Below, piece after piece: positions 17,937 through 25,463 of a DNA stretch of 64,000 nucleotides. The notes beneath the pieces were generated by a model. That model saw nothing but the letters and a program-made list of their open reading frames with translations. It was not told the origin of the DNA and did not search any database. The first letter of the stretch is position 1. Every line of letters starts with the position of its first letter. The stretch is from Clostridiales bacterium (GTDB lineage: Bacteria; Bacillota; Clostridia; Christensenellales; Borkfalkiaceae). The stretch is taken from NCBI GenBank assembly GCA_015069565.1, contig SVIJ01000001.1, positions 8,056 to 72,055 on the forward strand, written 5' to 3'. Both the position numbers and the translations under genes were made by a program.

Positions 17937-18778
17937 AGGGCTGGCTGATTTACGACGAAGCAGGGGCGGCGCGCAACGAGTGGTTTATCGGCGAGTGCCT
18001 GCGCTATGCGAAGGAGTACGGGCTAGATTTGCGGTTGCAGATTGCGTGTGGCGAAGCTTGCCCCGACGAAGAGTTGCCTGATTTTGCGCTCGTGAGAACG
18101 ATTGCCCCTACGCTCAGCGAGCGTTTGGAAAAAGGGGGCGTCCGCGTGTTTAACAATGCGGAAGTGTCGGCGGTTGCCAACGATAAGTGGTACACCCACC
18201 AACGAGCGCTAACGCTCGACCTTCCCGTGATGGCGACACTACTTTCATCCGCTTGTCAAGAGAGTTCACCCTTTGGCTACCCTGTGGTGGTAAAAAAGCG
18301 TGACGGTCACGGCGGCAGCGAAGTGTATAAAGCGGATACGGAGTGGGAGTACCGCGCGCTTTGGCAGGGGCGCAATCCTGCGGACTACGTGACGCAGGCG
18401 ATTTGCTCGGAGCTTGGGAAGGATATGCGCGTTTACCTGCTCGGCGGCGAGATTTTAGGGGCGGTTTTGCGGACGTCTGAAACGGATTTCCGTAGCAACT
18501 TTTCGCTTGGCGGAAAGGTTGAATGCGTACCTGTCCCCCACGAAATTCAAAAAATGGTGCAAAAACTACATAAAAATCTGCAAACGGATTTTGTCGGAAT
18601 GGATTTTATTCGCCACGGCGGCGAATGGGTTTTGAACGAAATCGAAGACGTTGTAGGCAGCCGAATGCTGTACAAGTCGGCAGGGCTGGACGTGGCGAGA
18701 GCCTATATAATGCACGTGGCGAAAGCAATGGCAAAAACAACGGAAAAAACGCCTGAAAGGGGGCAAGAGAATGGATAA
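17933..18778 (+). CDS. RimK-type ATP-grasp ligase 2
   Basis: The start MKGWLIYDE overlaps the upstream stop (ATGA), and I prefer it to the listed 17876 start. GYPVVVKKRDGHGGSEVY; GKDMRVYLLGGEILGAV; DFRSNFSLGG; DFVGMDFI...VLNEIEDVVG. Confidence 0.8.
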   Translation: MKGWLIYDEAGAARNEWFIGECLRYAKEYGLDLRLQIACGEACPDEELPDFALVRTIAPTLSERLEKGGVRVFNNAEVSAVANDKWYTHQRALTLDLPVMATLLSSACQESSPFGYPVVVKKRDGHGGSEVYKADTEWEYRALWQGRNPADYVTQAICSELGKDMRVYLLGGEILGAVLRTSETDFRSNFSLGGKVECVPVPHEIQKMVQKLHKNLQTDFVGMDFIRHGGEWVLNEIEDVVGSRMLYKSAGLDVARAYIMHVAKAMAKTTEKTPERGQENG

Positions 18779-21611
18779 CAAGAACATCTTTATCAGCTAT
18801 GGGCACGGAACGCACGGCGAGAAGATTCAGCGGCTTGCGGATGATTTACGCAAATACGGCTTCAACGTCTTTTTCGACGTCGATTACTTAAAGCTTGGCG
18901 ACTGGGAACAAACCATCGACAAGCACATCGTCGCGTGTAAATACTTCCTGTTTTTCGTTTCCGAGCGTTCGACGTCCCCCGACGGGTACTGCTTGAACGA
19001 GCTTTGCCGCGCAGGTGAAAACAACTCGGTGATCATCCCCATTTTGGTGGACGATTCGCGCGTGCCGCTTAGCATCAACAAATACCAACGCCTGTTCTTC
19101 AAGGACTGCTTTGAAGGGGCGGACGGCTTGAACGAGAACAAGTACAAGGATTTTCTTATTCAGCTCGTTTCCATTTTGAGCGGAAACGTCAAGCTTGGCT
19201 TTGCGGACGAAGACGCGCGCTTGGAAGCGATTTTGCAGCCCATCTCGTCCAAGGATTTCGTCTTCCGCTACTACGACGATTTCTGCGGCAGAAAGGAAGC
19301 CTTCCAAAAGTTTGAAGAATTCGTGGCGTCGCCCAAGAACTTTTTCTGGATTAAAGCCAGACCTGGGTGCGGTAAAACGGCGTTTTCGAGTATGCTTATC
19401 TGGCGTTATTCGGAGTTTGTTGCGGCGGCGCATTTCTGCAAGTTCAACAACTCGGACAGAGCGAACCCGAAATACATCATCTCGTCGATTGCCTACCAGC
19501 TTGCAGGGGCGTTGCCCGAGTACAAGAAAAAGCTTTGCGAGCTGACGGGCTTGGAATCGGTGTTCGAGAAAAACGCTATGCGTATCTTTGAGTATTTGCT
19601 CATCGAGCCGACGCTCGATTTACACCCGAGCCGCCCCGTCGTGATCGTAATCGACGCGCTGGACGAGTGCTCTTGGCGTGGGGACAACGAGCTTTGCAAG
19701 CTTTTGCAAAGAATGCGTGGACGCATACCTGCCTGGATGAAATTCGTAATGACGAGCCGCGACGAAGCGGATATTCGCAGATATTTATCCCTGATGGCAA
19801 CGTCCTACACCCTTTCCGATACGGAAACGGACGACGACCTTCGCGAGTATTACAGAAAGCAATTTCCCCATGCGGGCGAAGACAAAATCGACGTCTTAGT
19901 GACGAAGGCGGAAGGGTCCTTCCTGTACGCGAGTGAAATCGTCAAGCAAATCAAGGAAGAAAACTTAACGCTCGACGATATCCATTTCTTCCCCGTCGGT
20001 ATTTACGGTTTCTTCAACGACTGCTTTTTGCGTATGTTCGGCAACGAAGCGGAGAACGAGATTACCTACGACGACGTAAAGCCGCTGTTAGAGTTTTTGT
20101 GTATTTCGCAAGAGCCTGTCGACGTCGATTTCTTGGAAGAATATTTGGAGCTCGACGAGTACCGCATCAACCAAATTTTGGCGCTCATTAGCGGTATGTT
20201 CCCCGTGCGTGACCGCACGATTGAGCCTGTACATAAATCACTTGTCGACTGGCTGACCGATTCCCACGACGTGGGGCATATCTTCTACGTCAGCAGAAAG
20301 AGCGGCTACAAGCGCTTGCTTTCCTATATCGAAGGCAAGTACGCAAGCGGCAAGGTGGACGATCCGTACGTGATGAAGTATTTTGGGGACACCCTGATCG
20401 CCTTAAAATCGTACGAGCGCTTGGCGGAAATTTTGAACGATTACGAGCTGCAACGCACCGTGATTGAAAAGCTCGACTTCGATTCGGGGCTGGAAAGATA
20501 CCTGTTGGAGCTCAAAAGCCTGCACGAAAACAAGAGCGAGCTTTGCGTCAAGCTTTTGTCCGAAGATACCTTCATCAAGCTCTTTTCAGCGAATCGTAGA
20601 CTGTTGTACAATTCAGGGATGTTCTTCACCTTAAAGAGCATCGGCTTGTCCGTAGCCTTGCGCACGGATAATCGAAACTGGGGCTTGGAAGGGGAAGTAG
20701 GAAAGGTTTTCTACTATTATATAGTAGAAGACTTTGCAAAAGCCATCAAAAAGGCAAAGACCCTGCTTGCGAGCGACGAGCTGAAAACGGACTACGTACT
20801 GCAATCGGAGCTTTATAACGTCAAGGGTCTTTCCGAGAGAAAGCTCGTGCTCTTTGACGACGCGCTCGAAAGCTTTGAAAACTGCATTGCCGCCACCGAA
20901 AGCGTGGAAGAAGCGCACAGCGAAAACAGCGATACCGAGTTTGAGCTTTCCTTGGCGCATCTTATCAAGGCGAAGATTTATCTTGCGATGCTCGATTTTT
21001 CCGCGTGCAATAAAAACTGCAAGAAGGCAATCAAAATCCTTGCGCGCAAGGTAGACGAGATGCCCGATTGCGACAAGCGGACGTCGAACATTTTGTTCCT
21101 TGCCGAAGACTATCGCGTTTTTGCCGACGCGCTCATTTGGCAAGGGGAATACGAAGAAGCGGCGGATAAGCTCAAAGAATGTCAGGACATCTACCAAGCG
21201 AACAACGGCTCGGTGGACCGGTACTATATTCGTTATAAATACACGTCGCTCTTATTGCATATTTTGCAAAAGGAAAGCGACGGCGCGGTGGAAGAGCTGG
21301 AAGATATGCTGGCGCGCGAAGCGACAAGCTCGTACGACAAGGGGCGGCTGTATCATTATATCGCGCTTTGCATATACTTGAATGGACGGGAGAATCCCGA
21401 GCTTGTCAAGAAGGGCTTTGAAGCGGCGAAAAAGGGTGTGGATACCTTCGACGGAATCGACGCTCTGCTCGAAAAGGCGGAGTGCGACCATTTGGCGCAA
21501 AAGCTTGCGAAGATGGCAGGCGCGCGCTATATGAGCGACGATGATGAAAACGAATACGTAGACGCTTGGATTGAGTACGTTGACGGATTTTTGCAGGAGA
21601 TAATCGGTTGA
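18771..21611 (+). CDS. TIR-NACHT(STAND NTPase)-TPR-like protein (bacterial NLR-like), 946 aa
   Basis: N-terminal TIR (IFISYGH...; FLFFVSERS...YCLNEL with Glu77 at 18999..19001). Walker A ARPGCGKT (K202). NACHT-type Walker B VVIVIDALDEC (D295-E299). The C-terminal ~400 aa is helical-repeat/TPR-like. The ATG overlaps the upstream gene by 8 nt. Confidence 0.85.
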   Translation: MDNKNIFISYGHGTHGEKIQRLADDLRKYGFNVFFDVDYLKLGDWEQTIDKHIVACKYFLFFVSERSTSPDGYCLNELCRAGENNSVIIPILVDDSRVPLSINKYQRLFFKDCFEGADGLNENKYKDFLIQLVSILSGNVKLGFADEDARLEAILQPISSKDFVFRYYDDFCGRKEAFQKFEEFVASPKNFFWIKARPGCGKTAFSSMLIWRYSEFVAAAHFCKFNNSDRANPKYIISSIAYQLAGALPEYKKKLCELTGLESVFEKNAMRIFEYLLIEPTLDLHPSRPVVIVIDALDECSWRGDNELCKLLQRMRGRIPAWMKFVMTSRDEADIRRYLSLMATSYTLSDTETDDDLREYYRKQFPHAGEDKIDVLVTKAEGSFLYASEIVKQIKEENLTLDDIHFFPVGIYGFFNDCFLRMFGNEAENEITYDDVKPLLEFLCISQEPVDVDFLEEYLELDEYRINQILALISGMFPVRDRTIEPVHKSLVDWLTDSHDVGHIFYVSRKSGYKRLLSYIEGKYASGKVDDPYVMKYFGDTLIALKSYERLAEILNDYELQRTVIEKLDFDSGLERYLLELKSLHENKSELCVKLLSEDTFIKLFSANRRLLYNSGMFFTLKSIGLSVALRTDNRNWGLEGEVGKVFYYYIVEDFAKAIKKAKTLLASDELKTDYVLQSELYNVKGLSERKLVLFDDALESFENCIAATESVEEAHSENSDTEFELSLAHLIKAKIYLAMLDFSACNKNCKKAIKILARKVDEMPDCDKRTSNILFLAEDYRVFADALIWQGEYEEAADKLKECQDIYQANNGSVDRYYIRYKYTSLLLHILQKESDGAVEELEDMLAREATSSYDKGRLYHYIALCIYLNGRENPELVKKGFEAAKKGVDTFDGIDALLEKAECDHLAQKLAKMAGARYMSDDDENEYVDAWIEYVDGFLQEIIG

Positions 21612-22381
21612 AAGAGTTGATTTCCTATTTGAAAAGTTTAATCGTGGAAGCAGGGGAGCTGTTGCTTTCGCAAACGGTTTCGGTGTCGAAGCATAAGACG
21701 GCAAACGACCTGCTGACGGAAAACGATCTTTTGATAGAGCGGTTTTTGATAGACGGCGTAAAGGGGAAGTTTCCCAGCGTGAACATCGTCAGCGAAGAAA
21801 CGGCGGCGGACAACGCCTTGCAGAGTGTGAGCGTGGTGATCGACCCGATCGACGGCACCTGCAACTATGCCGTGGGGACGGATCGTTTTGGGGTACAGGC
21901 AGCCATTTTTGATGGGGAAGAATGTGTGGCAAGTATGCTCTATTTCCCTGTGCAAAAGGAGCTGGTGACGGCGGAAAAGGGCAAGGGCGCGTTTTTGGGC
22001 GAGAAGCGGCTCGCGGTGGATACGGCAAAGCGAAGCGGCGACGGAGTGCTACTCATCAGCGACTACTATTCGGGGCAGGACGTGCCGATGGAAAAGCAGT
22101 TCGCGTTGGTGCAAGCCCTGCAAACGACGTTTTTGAAGACGCGGCATTTGGGGGCGGCGTGTGTGGATTTTGTGTCCTTGGCGCGCGGTCAAGCGGTGGC
22201 GTATATTTGCCATTATCATCATATTTGGGATATTGCGCCCGGGCTTTTGGCGGCGACGGAGAGTGGGTGTGTGTACGCGCATTTGAGCGGCGGGGAATAC
22301 CGCTACGGCGAGCCTGCCTTGGTGGTGGCAAACAGCGAAGAAACGCTGAAAAAGATACTAAAAACGTACGAAAAACTATAA
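21608..22381 (+). CDS. Inositol monophosphatase (IMPase/SuhB/CysQ) family phosphatase
   Basis: TTG start inside a TTGA overlap with the TIR-NACHT stop, with AGGAG 8 nt upstream. Motifs VSEE, VVIDPIDGTCNY, WDIAPG. Confidence 0.8.
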   Translation: MKELISYLKSLIVEAGELLLSQTVSVSKHKTANDLLTENDLLIERFLIDGVKGKFPSVNIVSEETAADNALQSVSVVIDPIDGTCNYAVGTDRFGVQAAIFDGEECVASMLYFPVQKELVTAEKGKGAFLGEKRLAVDTAKRSGDGVLLISDYYSGQDVPMEKQFALVQALQTTFLKTRHLGAACVDFVSLARGQAVAYICHYHHIWDIAPGLLAATESGCVYAHLSGGEYRYGEPALVVANSEETLKKILKTYEKL

Positions 22382-22410
22382 AAAAAGCGGCTTTTTAGCC
22401 GCTTTTTTTG
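22382..22410 (+). terminator. Intrinsic terminator closing the four-gene operon
   Basis: AAAAGCGGCT-TTTT-AGCCGCTTTTTTT. Confidence 0.8.
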
Positions 22411-22445
22411 ATGCTTTGACGATGTGCGCGATAAATTTCCTGCCG

Positions 22446-22740
22446 ACTGTCCGAAGTGGTGAATTGAACGCAATGCGTTCGTGAATTGAAACCTGCGGTT
22501 TCGTGAATTCTCGCTGACGCTCCGTGAATTGTTTGCCTTTGGCAAACGTTGCGGAAAAATTGAAAATCATTCCATAACGCAAGGCAACGCCTTGCAATTC
22601 ACGACGGCATAGCCGTCAATTCACGCGTTTGAAAAACGCAATTCACGATTGCCTTTGGCAATCAATTCACTCCACAGCGATATGTTTGCCTACGCCAAAC
22701 GTGGGGAACGTAGGGCGGGGGCTTGCTCCCGCCGAATGGG
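22446..22740. repeat. Hairpin-array element, copy A (GTGAATT/AATTCAC type) plus GC-hairpin module
   Basis: Core 22459..22670: 4 x (GTGAATT + short hairpin), a central hairpin, then 4 x (hairpin + AATTCAC). Followed by GCGATAT + GTTTGCC..CCAAAC and GGCGGGGGCTTGCTCCCGCC. Confidence 0.85.
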
Positions 22741-22783
22741 AATCCCCTGCCTGCGGCATCCCCCTTTGACAAGGGACAAGAGA

Positions 22784-23227
22784 TTAGATTTTATCCCGAC
22801 CTGCAAGATAATCCAACGAACAGGGCAGGTTTTTCGCTAATAGGTATAGGCTTGAAAGTTCGGGAATCTTTTTCCCTGCAAACCACAACGAGAGCTTGGA
22901 TTCGGTGATGCCCGTCAATTTGCTGATTTTATAGCGTGTTAAGCCACTTTCCATTATAATTTTACGAAAACGCTCGGTGGGTGTGCTGGTTAAAATGTAG
23001 CGTTCCTGTTGGCGTTCGTCCACTAAACCGAAAAGATAATCAAAGGAACATTCAAACACGTCCGAAATCTTGGCGGCGTTTTCGTAGGAAGGGATATGTT
23101 CGCCGCTTTTATATGCGTACAAACGGGATTGAGAAATCCCTGTTTTTTCAGAAAGCGCGCGGACGTCCATTTTGTGAATTAAAAGCAGTTCCAAAAATGC
23201 GTCCTGAAAGGTGTTTTCATTTTCCAT
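22784..23227 (-). CDS. XRE-family transcriptional regulator with two HTH domains
   Basis: Two HTH_XRE-like units (MDVRALSEKTGISQSRLYAYKSGEHIPS; LTRYKISKLTGITESKLSLWFAGKKIPE). Confidence 0.8.
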   Translation of the reverse strand: MENENTFQDAFLELLLIHKMDVRALSEKTGISQSRLYAYKSGEHIPSYENAAKISDVFECSFDYLFGLVDERQQERYILTSTPTERFRKIIMESGLTRYKISKLTGITESKLSLWFAGKKIPELSSLYLLAKNLPCSLDYLAGRDKI

Positions 23228-23287
23228 AATATTTTACCAACTTTTTTATTTTGTATAAAAATTATGCTTTTATTACCGTAAAAATAC

Positions 23288-23315
23288 TTGATTTTACCGC
23301 TAAGAAAAGTATAAT
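23288..23315 (+). promoter_or_regulatory. Promoter divergent from the XRE gene
   Basis: TTGATT, 16-nt spacer, TATAAT, in an AT-rich 120-bp divergent intergenic region. Confidence 0.5.
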
Positions 23316-23347
23316 AAAAGTAAAACATAAGCAAAGGACGAAAGATT

Positions 23348-23527
23348 ATGGAACAAAAAAGCGAAAAAATCGAAATAGAAAATTTGATAGAACAAATCAA
23401 AATAGTGTTAGCGGATGAGTTCGTGGCAAAAATGCGATTGAACAAGGAAGAAAAAATGTTGACGATGCGTTTTCCGAACGGACAAAAATTCGTTGTTGCC
23501 CTTTGGGAAGAGCGGCAATCATCGTAG
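23348..23527 (+). CDS. Small hypothetical protein (59 aa), not in the supplied ORF track
   Basis: My manual translation: MEQKSEKIEIENLIEQIKIVLADEFVAKMRLNKEEKMLTMRFPNGQKFVVALWEERQSS*. A weak AGGA RBS and a promoter lie upstream. Confidence 0.35.
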   Translation: MEQKSEKIEIENLIEQIKIVLADEFVAKMRLNKEEKMLTMRFPNGQKFVVALWEERQSS

Positions 23528-23535
23528 GGCAGAAG

Positions 23536-23756
23536 TTGTCCTTGCGGACAAGCGAGATTACGCCTGCGGCGTAGTGAGATTTACCTGCGGTAAGCGATAT
23601 TATGCTACGCACAGCGATATGTTTGCCTGTGGCAAACGTAAACGTAGGGCGGGGGCTTGCTCCCGCCGAATATAGGGACGGGCGTTCCTAATCGTCCAAA
23701 TGTAGGGGAGCGGTTTACGCTCCTGACAAAACGGGCGATTCGTGAATCGCCCCTAC
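23536..23756. repeat. Hairpin-array element, variant copy A' (GYGAKAT type) plus GC-hairpin and multibranch module
   Basis: TTGTCC-TTGC-GGACAA; GCGAGAT+TACGCC-TGC-GGCGTA; GTGAGAT+TTACC-TGC-GGTAA; GCGATAT...; GCGATAT+GTTTGCC-TGT-GGCAAAC; GGCGGGGGCTTGCTCCCGCC. GTAGGGG...CCCCTAC encloses two further hairpins. Confidence 0.75.
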
Positions 23757-23812
23757 GGAGGGATTCTATCGTTTCGCTTTCAAAAATTTGCCGTTCGCGC
23801 CCGAATTTTGAT

Positions 23813-23841
23813 TTGACATACGCGTGTGCGCGTGTTATAAT
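23813..23841 (+). promoter_or_regulatory. Consensus sigma-70 promoter of the aminotransferase gene
   Basis: TTGACA, 17-nt spacer, TATAAT. Confidence 0.65.
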
Positions 23842-23892
23842 AATTAGGATAAAGACGCAACACGCCGCGACGCGCGGCAAAGGATATTCATT

Positions 23893-25086
23893 ATGGTCAA
23901 CGAAAAGGCATACGCTTTGGGTAGCAAACGCTCGGCAATCCGAGAATTGTTCGAATACGCAAAAAAACGGGGCGCGGAAATCGGCGCGGAGAACGTCTTT
24001 GACTTCTCTATCGGCAATCCTTCTATCCCTGCGCCTGCGCGGGTGCATGCGGAAATCGAACGCTTAATGCAAGAAATGCCGTCCGTGGAGCTTCACGGCT
24101 ATACGTCCGCGCAAGGGGATAAATCCGTTCGCGAAACCATCGCGGACAACATGTTGTCCCGTTTTGGCTTTGCTATGGATGCAGACCTGCTGTATATGAC
24201 CTGCGGTGCGGCGGCAAGCTTGACGATTACGTTAAACGCGCTGACGGCGGAGCAGGGGGACGAGTTCTTGGTGTTCGCGCCCTTCTTCCCCGAATACCGC
24301 GTGTTCGTCGAAGGGGCAGGGGCAAAGCTCGTCGTTTTGCCTGCGGATGAAAACCTGCAACCCGACCTTGAAGCGCTTAAAAAGGCTCTAAATCCTAAGG
24401 TGCGCGGCGTGATTATCAATTCCCCGAACAATCCTTCGGGCGTCGTTTATACTAAAGAAAAGCTGGAAGGCATGGCGGCGATTTTGCGCGCGCATAGCGA
24501 AACGTATTCGACGGTGTATCTCATTTCCGACGAGCCGTATCGCGAGCTTGTATACGACGAAAGTACGGCGGTCACCTTCCCGATGAACGTGTACGAAAAC
24601 ACGTTGATTTGCTATTCCTATTCCAAGGCGCTCTCTTTGCCTGGCGAGCGAATCGGCTATATTGCCGTTTCCCCGAAGGCGGCGGACGCAAAATCGGTGT
24701 ACGCGGCGGTGTGCGGCGCAGGGAGAATGCTTGGGTTTGTGTGCGCGCCTGCGCTCTTCCAAAGAGTGGTGGCGGCGTGCGACGGCTTGACGGGCGAGCT
24801 TTCCGTCTACCGCAAGAACCGCGACCTGCTCTATAAAGGCTTGACGGACTGCGGCTTTGAATGTATTTATCCCGACGGCGCGTTCTATTTGTTTATGAAG
24901 ACGCCCGAAGGGGATGCGAACGCTTTTTGCGAGCGCGCGAAGAAGTACGAGCTGCTTTTGGTGTCTGGGGAGAGCTTTGGCGCGCCCGAATACGTGCGTA
25001 TTGCGTACTGCGTAGCAACCGAGCGCATCGAAAAAGCCCTGCCTGCATTCGCGCTTTTGGCGAAAGAATACGGTTTGCGCGGGTAA
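23893..25086 (+). CDS. PLP-dependent aminotransferase, class I/II (aspartate/aromatic type)
   Basis: N-terminus KRSAIRELFEYA...DFSIGNP. SYSKALSLPGERIGY contains the PLP-lysine motif. 397 aa. Confidence 0.85.
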   Translation: MVNEKAYALGSKRSAIRELFEYAKKRGAEIGAENVFDFSIGNPSIPAPARVHAEIERLMQEMPSVELHGYTSAQGDKSVRETIADNMLSRFGFAMDADLLYMTCGAAASLTITLNALTAEQGDEFLVFAPFFPEYRVFVEGAGAKLVVLPADENLQPDLEALKKALNPKVRGVIINSPNNPSGVVYTKEKLEGMAAILRAHSETYSTVYLISDEPYRELVYDESTAVTFPMNVYENTLICYSYSKALSLPGERIGYIAVSPKAADAKSVYAAVCGAGRMLGFVCAPALFQRVVAACDGLTGELSVYRKNRDLLYKGLTDCGFECIYPDGAFYLFMKTPEGDANAFCERAKKYELLLVSGESFGAPEYVRIAYCVATERIEKALPAFALLAKEYGLRG

Positions 25087-25173
25087 AAAACACTTGTTTT
25101 TCAGCCCTTTCCCCATAGGGGAAAAGAAAAATAAAAAAAATTAAAAAAATCGAAAAAATCAATTCAAAAAAGA

Positions 25174-25202
25174 TTGACATACCCCTTAGGTTGTGGTAGA
25201 AT
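25174..25202 (+). promoter_or_regulatory. Promoter of rpmG-secE-nusG
   Basis: TTGACA, 17-nt spacer, TAGAAT. An inverted repeat CCCCTTAGGT...ACCTAAGGGG spans the -10 region and the 5' leader. Confidence 0.6.
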
Positions 25203-25252
25203 ATAGACATGCACCTAAGGGGTGTAATTTTTTTGCATGGAGTTTTTTCATT

Positions 25253-25417
25253 ATGGCAGTTAAAACCGCTAGAAACAAAATCACGTTCGAATGCACCGAA
25301 TGCAAGAGCAGAAACTACGACAGTATCAAGAACAAGAAGAACGATCCCGACAGATTGGTTCTTTCCAAGTACTGCCCTCGTTGCAAGAAGCACACCGAAC
25401 ACAAAGAAGCGAAATAA
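25253..25417 (+). CDS. rpmG: 50S ribosomal protein L33
   Basis: [22 protein letters not shown]...[12 protein letters not shown] (Zn-ribbon form). Start chosen at 25253 rather than the listed 25193. Confidence 0.9.
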   Translation: MAVKTARNKITFECTECKSRNYDSIKNKKNDPDRLVLSKYCPRCKKHTEHKEAK

Positions 25418-25463
25418 GTTTAGAAACGGCCTTGCTCTTTGAGTGGGGTACTTAGAGGTTAAG

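Noticed and set aside
22459-22670. A CRISPR-like array. Regularly spaced short repeats occur here and at 33033, 35083, 44746 and 55111.
   Set aside because: - The repeats are only 7 nt and the period is about 22 nt.
- The 'spacers' are themselves perfect palindromes, and the two halves of each element are mirror-complementary.
- No cas genes are in the window.
- The pattern fits a structured repeat or RNA, not CRISPR.
22784-23527. A prophage remnant, suggested by an XRE repressor with a divergent small gene resembling a CI/Cro switch.
   Set aside because: No integrase, att site, structural gene or lysis gene occurs anywhere in the window. The small ORF has no HTH. It is reported only as a bracketed cassette.
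23605-24067. ORFs 23605..24048 (minus strand) and 23657..24067 (plus strand).
   Set aside because: They span the structured repeat and the aminotransferase promoter and 5' end. They have no RBS and their composition is driven by the repeat.
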